From Eledone cirrhosa (Eukaryota), in contig OZ024741.1 of assembly GCA_964016885.1 (NCBI GenBank), forward strand, positions 143,096,001 to 143,160,000: DNA of 64,000 bases. Reading direction: 5' to 3'. The translations under genes were made by a program, and so were the position numbers. Positions 23,990 to 37,009 of the stretch are shown here, piece after piece. The notes below the pieces were generated by a model. That model did not search any database, was not told the origin of the DNA, and saw only the letters and a program-made list of their open reading frames with translations. The first letter of the stretch is position 1. Every line of letters starts with the position of its first letter.

Positions 23990-26269
23990 GGTGTCTGTGA
24001 CTTATATACACCGGTCACAGACACACACACACATATAGAAACCCTTTCTATTTAGCAGGATACAGTAATGCTGTATTCGTTTTTTTTGAAGTCACGGGTT
24101 ATAATTTCATTTAACACCACCACCAGCTCTCTCTTCCATTCTCCTTCTCTGTCTTCTCTCCCTCTTTCTATGTCTCTCTTACAACCACTATCTCTTTCTC
24201 TCTATCCTTCTCTTTCTCTGTTTACGAAGTTCCCCAGAAAACCCTATATCTTAGGAACCTGTGCTTCGATTTACGTGAAACCTTTTTTATTCCATTTATA
24301 CTCCCATTTCAGGGGCAACTTCCTTTCAAAGTATTTTTCCATTATGCACCCTTTTGGCTGTATTACATTACAGGCAAACAAGCAATCACAGAGTTTAAGT
24401 AGTATTATACACACACACTCGTATGTGCATGTTTTACTCGAGAGTCTATGTAAATTGTTGTGTTTGTGAATGAGTTACTTCATAACTTGTTGCCTAAAAA
24501 TTAGAACAATGAACTACAAGGTCATGACAGCAGCCAGAAATATCCTCAACATAACAACCTTCAATAAAAATGGAGAGGAATTCACAAAGGACAAACAATA
24601 CAATGGATATTAATTTAGTCAATAACACAAGTAAACAATAGGTACAACTAACGAAGAACAGCACAGTCATAACTATAAAAGGAAGACTAAAAAATAAAAA
24701 CGGGTGGGGGTAATGCAGAAACATTGGCAGTTAGAGTGTAAGAATGGGAGGTGATAATGGAAGATGTGTATGTGTGATTCTAAACAATATCATCATTATT
24801 CAATGTCTACTGTTTCTCCTGCTAGCAAGGGACGGTCAAGTTGTCACAAACTAAGTCAGCATTTAATTGGAGCCACTGAACCCTCAGATGGGCCAAAGCC
24901 ACATCTAGCTTACATGTGCTGCCATGTTCTACAGAGTGCCCCACAGAGAGGTTGTCATGTCTTTTTTAGCACGCTTTCTACAGCTTGATGCATTTCCTAA
25001 AACCAACTATACAGAGTGTACCGAGTGCGTTTTATATGTCATCAACACTAGAGAGCTTGTCCTCTTGACACAACTGAAGAACCCTTCAACCCCTTTTGGG
25101 CGTGGTTTCTACAGCTTGATGCTTTTCCTATCACTAACCACTTCACAGGGTATACTAGGTACGTTTTTTGTGGCAACAGTATTAGAGAAATTGTGTCATG
25201 AGTGAAGTGTACACTCAGTCCATTTTGGCATGATTTCTATGGCTGGAGGCCCTTCCTAACATCAACTACTATACAATGTACTGAGTGTGTTTTATAATCA
25301 CACCAGCACCAGAGAAGTTGTCATTTATTGACTGAAAACCCTTCTTTACCGTAGACGCGGGGGGGGGGGGGGGGGTAGAGAGGTATGAAGGATAAGTATG
25401 ATGTCATGTAAGGTAGGGGAACAGTATAATGCCATGAGCATATGGTCTCTTCCCTTCTTCATAGCTGAGTCAGGGACCTTGGACAATTGCACTAACATAG
25501 GCTTACGACAAGCATAATGTCAAAATATTCCATAAACAGCATACACCAAATTAACTATGAAACATCCTCTTCACATTTTAACAACCATTTTTTCATGCTG
25601 GCATGGGTTGCACGAAACTTTTTAAAGCAGTATCTACAGCCAGATTATCTTTCTTGATGCTAACACATAATTATTAAGTATAGTACTTACTTCACTGACC
25701 AACCATTGGACTGCTAAGCTGCGAGATATTATTTATGTGAGTCATACACAAACATAACTCATTTTTAAATAGTGTCAAAGAATGACATTCAGTGAAACAA
25801 ACACATACATGAGTGTGTGCTTCTGAAAAGATTCTGTCTACCAAATTTCACACACAAGACATTCGTTGGCCTGGGACTGTAATAGAAAATCCATACTTGT
25901 TTTTAAGTAAGGTTCTGATCTTTGTACATGAAACTGCTGAGTTGCAGACATTTAGGCAGGACATAAGAAAAAAATGTGACGACACATTCAAAACAAACAC
26001 ACACAAACATATATTATAAACAAAGGAAGTATGTTTGGAACACGGTGAGCGAAGTTTAGAATTGAAATAGAACAGAAGACTATATTATTTAGTCAATGTT
26101 AGGGCGAAGCTTCTATTTCTATTTCAATTCATATATATGTTTCTATTTTATCACAACCAATACTATGGAGTTGCATAACTACTGATTAGTCAATATCAAT
26201 TATATCCTAGTTCATTTTGTCTTTTGAAATTATCGTAAAACAATGGATTAATTAATTGTTACTCTCTCT

Positions 26270-26313
<44 letters not shown>

Positions 26314-26499
26314 ATGGATGGTCCCGTAACTCCCGAAGTAGCCGTAGGGGTGCCATTGACATACAATGTTTCTTGGGCATGTTTAAACTTGGTAGAGCCC
26401 ATCTCTTTATGTCTGAATATAGCAGATTTTTTGCAGAGATAGAGAGTAAAAGAAAGGAAGTGAAAAAGAGACACTGAGGAAAAATCGGCCCCAGTACTC

Positions 26500-26632
26500 G
26501 ACTGGAACATTTTTTTTCGACCTGGAATGGATGAAAGGCAAAATTGACCTTGGTGGGATTTGAACTCAGAGAGCCAGAACGAATACTACAAAGCATTCTA
26601 TATGATGTTCTAACGATTCTGCCAATTCGCCA
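26500..26632 (-). mobile_element. SINE family A, diverged
   Basis: 'ggatgaaaggcaaaattgacc..ggatttgaactc..ctgccaattcgcc'. Confidence 0.75.
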
Positions 26633-27372
26633 TGTATATATATATATATTATCCAACACTGCCTCTACCATCATACTCAGTCCCCACTCAACAGTCTCCT
26701 ATCATACTCACAGTCCACACCCAACATTGCCTCTCCCATCATACACTCCCGACCCAACACTGCCTCTCCCATCATATTTTCATTCTCTTATTATTGTTTC
26801 TCTTCAATTACTTCCTCAAATATTGAGTCCTTCCAATTTCACCCTTTCCGCCCCTCTCATATCTTCTCACCCCTTATCTACATCCTTCTTTTATCATTTT
26901 TATCATGTTGCTGTGAAGAAATGGAGACAATGCAAGGTAATGTGTACCACTTAATCACATGAAATTCATGGCAAACTCACTACAGCGCTAGTGAGTTTTA
27001 CAGTTTATCTGTGGTCTTTAGTGCCACACTAAAAAAAATTCACCCAGTCCACTCTGGTGCCATGACAAAAAGCGCACAATCCACCCTGTAAGGTGCTGGA
27101 ACCCCCCCCCCCCCCCCCCCCCCAAAAAAAAAGAAGTACATTGGTTGACATTAGATAAGTCATCCAGCTGTAGAAAACCAAGCCCAAAACAGAGCATATG
27201 AGAAAGTCACTCTTGACCTGCCTGGCCTCATAACATGACAGCCCAGCTAATCCAAGCAAGGAAAACAACTCATTAATGCTTACCAACATGACAAACTAGA
27301 ACATAGTGCCTCAGAAAATATTGAGATAAAAATTGTTTACACACCGAACAGACAAGGCTCAGACAGATTAAC

Positions 27373-27542
27373 CCTTTAACATTTATATTGCTCTATATTT
27401 ACTATTATATTTACACAGTAAAGGCTTTACTTCACATAATATTGAATCTATGAGAACAATACCTTAACATAAGTATGAGCAGCCGGTTACAGAAAGAGGT
27501 GAGAGAATTCTGGCCAGATACAGCCAGTTTAAATGCTAAAAC
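27373..27542. mobile_element. piggyBac MITE (ccctttagcatt family), right end eroded
   Basis: ttaa|ccctttaacatttatattgctc...gccagtttaaatgctaaa; homologous to 40197-40388. Confidence 0.75.
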
Positions 27543-29744
27543 AGAAACTAAACCCACGCTCAACAGAAAACAAAATGACAACCCCACAAACTAGCAACTA
27601 ATGACAATATAAGGACACATGAAAAATTTTAAAGGAATACATAAACAGATATAAACCCACCCTCAATAGCATACAGGAACAGAATAATACTACTACGTAG
27701 TGACAGGTGAGAGATAATGGGAAAAAAAAAATGAAAAAACAGACATGCACACAAAAGCTTGAAGGAGAACCAAAGCACATATACATGCATACACATACCA
27801 AACACACACGTATGTGCAGACACACCACAGAAAGGCAAGATGGAGTAAATGAAACAAGATTAGAAAAAAGGGGTAACAGAAGAGCAAGAATAATCATTGA
27901 GGTCATAGAATGTATGACGAAAGAGCCTTTAAGAAAGCTAAGTGCAGAAGAATGGCTTAGCAGAGTGGTGCAAGGTATGTAGAGAGATGCTGTGTTTATG
28001 TTGTAACTTAACAGTTTGACAAACAAACAAAAAAAGATGGATAAAATAAGTACCAGACTTGGAAAAATATGTACGGTGGTCAATATGATTGACTAAGTCC
28101 CTTTACAACAGTACCCCAGCACTACTGCAATCTAATGACTGAAGTCAATAAAAGAATAAAATGATAAACATATGAATGTATATGTGACTGTGTGAATGTG
28201 TGTCCTTTGACTGTGGGTATCCATTTTAGAATAAGTACTGCGTATCCTTGCATGTCGTAAAAAATGACTAAAAGCGTTGGTGTCAGCAAGGGCACCCAGC
28301 AGTAAAACATTGCCATGAAAAGTGCTGTCCAATCCAAGCCAGTATGGAAATGTCTACATACAAACGATAATAATGATGAGGACAATGATCCATACCTTAC
28401 CTACAAAACTACTGGGATCTCGTGTTAGAAAAGGTAATCAACTGAAGAAGACTGCCTTGAAATCTCTCATCCAATCCATGCCAGCATGGAAAATCCCAAG
28501 TCAATGATGATAATAAATAGTTTCTTGTCCATTTTCCTTGAATTGAGGAAAAGTTACTTCAGATCTTTCTCAAAGTTTTAATCAATCCTGCATCAGCTTG
28601 CTAAGAGCTCATCTGGTCATGTTTTTGATTATAGGTTTGTTCAATTAGAGCAGAGAAACAGAAACCAATGAGAAATTAAGCCACTGTGCAGTCACTTGAA
28701 CTGAAAATAAATAGCAGCCAAATTTCCCTTAAACAATAGCCTGCCATTTTAAAATGGGAAAAACATAAATAACATGGACTTGAATAAAAAATGTGATGAT
28801 CTCATGGCTGCATTGCCTTTGCTAAATCAGAGGTGATCTGGAGCTTAACAACATCTCAAAACTACTTAATCCTTTTGATATCAATTCACTCCAAACTACC
28901 CCAATTCCATGGTGACAAATTTCTTGTTTTAAATTATCTATATTTACCATATATACTTGAATATAAGTCGGCCCCCTATTTTATGCCTGAGAAGTGGGGA
29001 AAAATCGAAATCACGTTTATAAGCCAAGGCATCTAATCAATGCATTTTATTTAGGTGGCATGGTTTTGAAATATTCATGAGTATAAAATTTATTTATGAT
29101 GTTTAAAACATTTGATTGAAATATATCAGTTACAATAAAGTTATTATGACACGTTCAACAAGTCACCAGTTATTGATTAATTGAATCCTAATAAAAAAAA
29201 CTAAGCTGAAAGTTGTTAGTCTCGATTGCTCATGTCTACAATAAAGAGCCTTGACATAGCGGTGATGTATTTGTTTTGCAAGGTTTTTTATATGAAATTA
29301 TGTGTTGAAACAGTTAATGGTAATTATTGGTTGCCAGCTAAATCTATATAATATAAAAGAATGATGTTGGTTGGTTGAATCATATGAAAACTACACACAC
29401 ACACACAAATACATATACACACATTTAAAGAGAGAGAGACAGAGAGGGAGATATCAGTTGAAGATTTAACAATATTGCGTTAGCTTTTATAAAGTGATTT
29501 TACCGTCTTTAATTTTAGAGAACAAAGAAAAACTGATACTATTTGCAATTAATCTACCCTCAAGCTTTTATCCATATACTATTTACAGTCTGTACTAACG
29601 AAAAAACACTTCAGAAGCAATGTTATGCAGTATATTGCTCCTTTGGAGCTGAAAAGGATCATACTGACTATGGTTATTAAAATCCAAGGCTAATGCTACC
29701 ATTTAATCAGCAATACTCCCCCAGCCTAATAAGGAAGTTTTATG

Positions 29745-31225
29745 ATTGTTTTGATTAAATTGACCTCGTAAGGATGAAAGGCAAATCTAACCTCGACGTG
29801 ATTTGAACTCAGAACGTAAAGGGCCGTAACTCTGTGCTGTGTCCAACATGATGTCCAACGCTCTACTGATATTGCCAATCCACCACCCTAGTAATAATAA
29901 TTGTTTCTACTTTTGGCACAAGGCCAGCAATTAGCCCAGTGCATTACTGGTACTTTATTTTATCGAGCCCGTAAGGATGAAAGGCAAGTAATAATAATTG
30001 TTTCTACTATTGGCACAAGGCCATAATTACCTAATACATTACTGGTATTTTATTTTATCGACCCCGTAAGGATGAAAGGCAAAGTTAACCTCAGCGGGAT
30101 TTGAACTCAGAATGTAACTCTTTGCGTCAAAGCATGGCGTCCGACCCTCTACCGATACTGCCAATCCATAATAATGATTTCTGATTTAGGCACAAGGCCA
30201 ACAATTTCGGGGGGAGGGGAAGTCGATTAAATCGACACCACTGCGTTACTGGTACTTTATTTTATTGACACCATAAGGATGAAAGGCAGATTTTGGCAGG
30301 ATTTAACTCACTTCGTAAAGGGATGTAACTATATGCCACAAAGCATGTTGCCCAATGCTCTACAGATACTGCTATACTACCCCTGGTTTGTTTTTTTTAT
30401 CACTAGAAGGAATGACAATTTGGCAGACCCATTAGTGAATTGTGTCACAGAGTTATAGATTTTTAGGTTTCTGAGTTCAAATCCTGCCGTGGTCAACTTT
30501 GCTATTTATCCTTCAGGGTTGATAAAATAAAGTATCAGAAAAGTAATGTAGCCAAGTTAATTGACTAAGCGCTTACCTCAAATTAAAAACAATTACCTAG
30601 GTCAGTGGAATGGTAGAATCCCTAGAGCATTGAACAAAATGCCTTACAATATTTTGTTGCAGCTCTCTATGTTCTGAGTTCAAATCCCAACATAGTCTTT
30701 CACCCTTCTAAGGTTAATCAAATAATTGTACGAGTTATAAGTACTGGGTCAATTTAGTCAACTAAACTTTACTTCAAATTTCTAACCATGCTTCTATGTT
30801 AGAAACAATTATTATTAGTTATATTTTTATTGTGTATCATCATTGTGTGCCTTGGGTATGTACAATGTTGTTTTGGGTGTTGTTATTTGTGTGCAGTGCC
30901 TAGTAGAGCTATTTTCTGTATGTTGTATGTACACGTAAGACCTGGGGCTTTGGTTATGTATCTGTATTTTTTTTTTATTTTATTATTATTTTTGTAGTTG
31001 TTGTGGTTGTTATTACTGAGTACAGTAAACAGCTGAATCACCAGACAAACATCTGCCTGGTAGACTTTGTTACATCCCATTACAACCTTAGCTCAAATCC
31101 TGCTGGGGTCAACTCTGATTTTTATCCATCTGGAGTCGTTAAATGGAATATTAACCAGTCAGAATAGTGGTTAAGAGATCAATATAACTGAGAGATCAAA
31201 TTTCTGACCATTGTATAAGAAATCA
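29745..31225. repeat. Cluster of ~7 SINE family A copies (four minus, then three plus)
   Basis: Repeated 'ggatgaaaggc/ttgtttctac..ggcacaaggcc' (minus) at 29.75-30.38 kb and 'gagttcaaatcc' (plus) at ~30475, ~30678 and ~31092. Confidence 0.85.
30830..30970 (-). mobile_element. R4/Dong-like 3' terminal fragment
   Basis: YNIQKIALLGTAHK is typical of the R4-clade C-terminus; flanked by (TAA)/(AAC) repeats. Confidence 0.65.
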
Positions 31226-31529
31226 TAATCAATACTAGAGCCTAACTCTTCCTTTACTAATGGAATAAGTACCATATTTGATGACATATAAAATTCGATT
31301 TTCTGCCCCCAAAATGGCTTTAAAAAATATATCATTCATGTCTTTATGCCAAGTTGAAATACCAATATCATTAAATTTTTGCACATCAACACACTAACAT
31401 TTTTTTCTTAACATTCTATGCTGAAAAGGAGATGGGGGCCCTTACATGGCATTAAATACAGTATACATTCTTCAGTATCATCATGTCTCTTCATCAATAA
31501 TGATGACTGAGGATTATATATGTGTGTGT

Positions 31530-31870
31530 GTATCATCACCATCATTGCTGTTTTATGTTTATTTTTTTTCTCCTCTGCTTGCTTGGGTTAGATGGATCTT
31601 TTCCAGGACAGTATCCCTCCACTCATGTGGTCCTTCACCAACTTGCCTTGAGATTCAGTGATTTGAGATCAGCTTTCACAACCTCTAACCAGGTCTTCTT
31701 TTGCTTTCCTCTACTGTAGCTCCTTTCCACTGGAATTTCTTGGTACTATCACCATCCATATGCATCAAATGATCATACCAGTGCAGTCATCTCTCCTGCA
31801 CATTAAGTGTGATTCTTCTTCTATCCAGCTTTTTTCACAATTCATCCATGCTTTGTCTTTCTAGCACATA
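31530..31870 (-). mobile_element. RTE LINE 3' end, old
   Basis: Minus: QERRLHWYDH, GKQKKTWLEVVKADLKSLNL; (GAT)n-type tail. Confidence 0.75.
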
Positions 31871-34639
31871 TGTGAGTGTCTATGTATGTTTACCGATTAT
31901 GGGTTGGGAGGGTGGTGTAAATTTAGTGTGCATGAAGAATGTAGCATAAAAGAGCTGAGAGGAAAACTAGACATAAGAGTAACTGGATGTAGAGTATAAA
32001 AGAGAAGACTGCACTGATACAAACATGTAATGAGTATAGATGATAACAGCTGTATAAAATGCAGAGCACTCATCGTGGATGGGACTTATAGAAGAGGCAG
32101 ACCAAGGATGACATGAGATGAGGTGATAGAGATGACTAATGACTATGACGATTGGTAACTTGTGCTGAGATGATCCATGACCCACTGGGGTAAGTGAGAT
32201 ACTCAATATGCCCCTAATAACTAACTCCACACAACTCATTTCTACAGCACTCTATACCATACCCCACCCTCTTTGTCAAAAACATGTAGTGGGATGTGAC
32301 ATTTACCCACCCATTCCCACAATTACTCCCTTATCTCATTATCTCTGTGCCTACCATTTTCTCATAACTTAATCCTCCCATTTCCCTCATATCAGCTTCA
32401 CCCCACCACGCACCTCATACATCCCAACATCTCTGCAATGAAAAAAAGATTACCCATATCCCACCTCCTAGTGTTGGTGCCATTATAAAATGTATTCAAT
32501 ACTGTGTGTGATGGCTGACATTGAACCAGTAATAACAGGGCATTGAGGACCCTTCGGTTAAGACAACTGCATTGATGACCTTCTGAGTACTGGTGCCACA
32601 ATAAAATAAACCCAATACACTCTGTAAAGTGGTTAGTAAGAAGAGTATCCAACTGTAGAAATCATGCCAAAACTTGAACATATGCATGCAAAATTTCTAA
32701 CTAAACGCTTGAAGGAGGTGCCCCAATATGGTTGCAGTCTAATGAATTAAAACAGTACAAGAATAACAAATATATGCCTATTATATCATCACCATCATTT
32801 TATGTCCACTTTTTAACACTGGCATGAGTTGGATTATATATAGAGAATTTTTTACAGTTCATACTTATGCAGGTTTAGCTGGCCTCTGTTAAGGTTGCAT
32901 CTCATACGAGGTTCCTCGGGTGTATTAATGATAGGAGCTTCTAATCCTAATAATGAAAAGCAATGTGAAATAAAGTGTCTTGCGCCAGGACACAATGCAT
33001 AGGCTGGTTCAAGAATCAAACTCATGATCTTATGGTCCTGAAACACTAGTATCAGGCATTCTTACATGGCTACTGAAATAGCTGACACATGATCAAAGCA
33101 ACAATCATAACAAGACATATATGTTTATTATACCATTACATATTGTATATGCCCAGCTATAACTTATTTTAGTCACAGTACTAAGTAAGTAAACATTACA
33201 TGGGTTACATGGACTGTAATGTTCTGAGGCCAGACGCCTCAGGCAACTACATCTTCCTTATATGCTCCATGTTTGGCATGATTCCTATGGCTGGATGCCC
33301 TTCCTAACACCAACCACTTCACAGTGTGTACCAAGTATGTTGTATAATAACACTGCTACGACCACCTAACAAGGCGGACAGGGTGTTTTTATTGTGGCAC
33401 CAGCACTAACATTTTCTACTTAAGGGCACTCATTGTCCTAAGCTATGCTGGTAGGCATTGTAAGTAAGGGATCGCTGACACAGTTCCATTGTAACCTAGT
33501 TATATTGGTCAAAAATCTTTTAGTAATTGTGAAAATCTGTCCATGTCCACAGGTCAATAAAAGTTTCATCTTATACAGGCCACATTTAACCCTTTTGACA
33601 CTAATCTGTCTAAAACCATCCATGTTTCTACAATACTAAGCTCCCAGTCAGCAAGGGTTGGATGGGTCTACATAGACCAATTTTATACATTATATGAAAC
33701 TGTCAAGTTATATTCTAAACATCAGCTTAATAATTAGAAAGTTAGATAATCTAATCAATCAATCAAGTTTCCATACTGGTGCAGCAAGTTGTTGGGGTGC
33801 CACTCTAGACGTTTGACTGTGTCTATTGTGGCAACTCAGTGGGCCTTAGAAATGCTTAGCAATGCCTATCTCCTTTTCAAGCATAAAAAGAAAATTTAGC
33901 AGGACACAAATTAAAATCAACTGAACAGTTGAGTGAGTTTGGACAGTTTTAGAGATCTCTTTTATATTGCAATATTTAAAGAAAGGAGAGCCTTCAAATA
34001 TCAGATTTCTCTTCAACAAATGTTTTGAAACTCACAAACTTTGAACTGATATGTCTTCAAGTCCTGGAAGACTGTATGTCTGGTATTGAAATAACGTTTT
34101 TTCAAATTTACTTTACTCTATTTTCAAAGCAACAGTATATTACGCTATGCCCTGTAATGAAATAATATTTCTTTAAAATCATTTCCATCTCTTTGAAATA
34201 ACGTATCTTTTTGGACAACTGTATGTCCAGTATTAAAATAACATTTCTTCAAATTTATTCCTATTTTTATTTTCAAAGCATAATACTAAATCCCTGCAAA
34301 TTCTTGATTATTTTCAAAGTGACTTGAAAATTAGTGTTCTTCAATAGAAATATGATAATGAAAGGGTTAAAAACAACGAAAGAGCAGCTACTGGAAGGTA
34401 TATTTGAAAGAAAATTAACCCTTTTGATACCAAACTGTGAAACTAGCTCTGTTTTTATCATACAAAACTGTTTATTTTAAAGTGTCATCATAATTTTAAA
34501 TAAAAACTTTGTTATGCTCTAAACACCAGATAAGTAATAAACAAAATTATATGACTAAATCTCTCTGAATTCTTTATTTTCAAAAATATTTAAGTTGCAC
34601 ACAACTAAATTTCAGTCATTAAATATATAAAAATTATAC

Positions 34640-35130
34640 AGTTTAGAAACCCTAGAGATAAGGTACACTTGGGGTCTCAAACTGAAGGACTTTAAAGGGT
34701 CATTACATTCAGGTGGAAAGTGCACCAGTTATAATGAATGCATACAAAACAGCTTCATTGCTTTGCATGCATTTCGGATAATCCCATCTGACAACACTTC
34801 AGTGCCTGTAGAGTTTGTTTCCAACTGGAGAGCCATAAGCGTCTGACAATATTCCAGAGGCTAAATACCAATAAAAACACACCAGCTAGTTTAATATACA
34901 ACCCCCACCACCTCAAGGGATATGACAATTTCTTGAGATCCTAACAGATGCTACCTTAAAACGTGGTTCCCATTTAAAAACCAGTATAAATGCTACAGGA
35001 ACCAACACACTGCAACATTAGATTAGTGAGGTTTATTTATGCTAGCATGGTCACAACCATCCAATCTTTGTACACAGGAAACAAGAGATAGGAATCAGTG
35101 TGCAAACAATATTTTTTATGGATTTTTACA
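34640..35130 (-). mobile_element. Tx1/L1-like LINE 3' fragment (zinc-knuckle region)
   Basis: Homologous to 57940-58320; 'ALQLETNSTGTEV' segment aligns with the ALPVGDKL...C..SNE region. Confidence 0.55.
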
Positions 35131-36264
35131 GAAAAAGAACATGACTTATAGGTTGTTGGAAACAGTTTATCAAAATATCCCATTATCTTTAGAGCTGAAA
35201 TGTACTAAGGTCAGATCTTAGAACACTGGACTTCACAGAAGAGATAGTAAAAGACCATGATGATAAGTGTTATTCTGTATAACAAACACATCTAGCTAAT
35301 GACAGCATAGAAAAATTGATATGATGATATGACTTTTTATACATTTAAACAGGCATAAATCGTGCACATATTTGCCATACATCCATAACTTCATACTTAT
35401 CTCCCTTCTCCTCTTCCCTCACCCCACCAACAAAGCAGAAAGGGCTCAAGGTACAGTGACCAACAACCTCTCTAGTGTTGGTGCCATAAAAATGTACCTG
35501 GTACACCCTGTAAGGTGGTTTTGATAGGAACCACTATAGAAACCATACCAAAAAGGGTTGAGAAGACCCTTCAGTTGAGTCAACAGCACAACAACCTCTT
35601 TGGTGATGGTGATCTACATGATAAATGTGCATGCTGTAAAGTGGATGGAGATAGAAAGGGAATTCAACTATAGAAAGTTTTCTGAATAAAGGGTTTGAAG
35701 AACCCTTCAGTTGTGTCAAAGACATGACAACCTCTTTAGTGCTGGTGTCACAATAAAATGCATTCAGTAGAATGAAGAAACACATGGAAGTGAAACGCGG
35801 ATCCCTGGCCTGTCTGGGAAATCAGTAGCCCGCTTCAATTTGTGAAGACACATCCAACCCTTGCAAGAAGGGTAAGTGGATATTAAATAATTGTTTCTAC
35901 TTTTGGCACAAGGCCAGCAAAAACAAACAAAAAACACAGAAATAAGTCAGTAATATGTGATACATGTATTATTCTGCATGGATAATGAGAAATTCTGAAC
36001 AAAGCTGCCAATCCAGGAATAAGATAATGATGAAAGGGTAGGATAATACTGTGTACATATGTACAACACAATAATGATGATATATACATATACACAAGCA
36101 TAGCACATTCTAAATCATATCACCACATTAGATTTATGGAGAAAATAATTTGCGCTGTATGCTTAACAACCTGCAAGTTCTAACATATATATATTCCAAA
36201 ATGACCCTACAAGTTTAATATATATATTCTAAATGACCCTTGACTGTCAACAAAATGATTTACG

Positions 36265-36442
36265 AGGCTAATCGGTAGAGGGTCGCACGCCATCTTTGAC
36301 GCATAGAGTTACGGCCCTTTCCATTCTGAGTTCAAATCCCGCCGAGGTTAACTTTGCCTTTCATCCTTACAGGGTTGATAAAATAAAGTACCAGTAATGC
36401 ACTGGGTAATGCTGGCCTTGTGCCAAATATAGAAACAATTAT
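36265..36442 (+). mobile_element. SINE family A
   Basis: B-box, central domain and 'agaaacaattat' end. Confidence 0.88.
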
Positions 36443-36824
36443 AAATAGGCTTCTATGAATCTGTATTTAAGAACTGTGAATATGATTTAATAATGTCCTC
36501 AAATACGCACATACAAACATACAGGTTATAAGTCAAACAGTATGAGCCCTTTAAAATATATCAAAACTGCCTAGTTCAGGATAACATTTCATGCTGCAAT
36601 ATATATAATATTCAGATGAAATTAAACAAAAAGATGAGTTTGTTGGTTGGGATACTTTTTTGAAAACAAAAACCATTGAGGAAAACACATGAAAGAAAGT
36701 ATGAACAACCCAAAAGGGTACTGGAAAACCAGGTCACAGTCATGTGAACTAACAAACACCAATATATCAGACATTGTGTCTACAGTAATGTGAACTAAAA
36801 CCAATTTGACAATATTATTGTCTA

Positions 36825-37009
36825 GTGGATTGGCAGTATCGGTGGGGGGTCAGACGCCATGCTTTCCAGCATAGTTACGTCCCTTTACGATCTGAGTTCA
36901 AATCCTGCCGAGGTTGACGTTGCCTTTCATCCTTACGGGGTCGATAAAATAAAGTACCAGTAATGCACTGGGTAATTACTGGCCTTGTGCCTAAAGTAGA
37001 AACAATTAT
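36825..37009 (+). mobile_element. SINE family A with 11-bp TSD
   Basis: TSD attattgtcta at 36814 and 37005. Confidence 0.9.

Noticed and set aside
25359-25376. Poly-G run (and poly-C at ~27102-27123) as G-quadruplex elements
   Set aside because: Simple homopolymers within decayed repeats; no supporting context
28556-28620. Possible minus-strand exon (gaa|gtaact donor)
   Set aside because: Stops in the plausible frames and a weak acceptor
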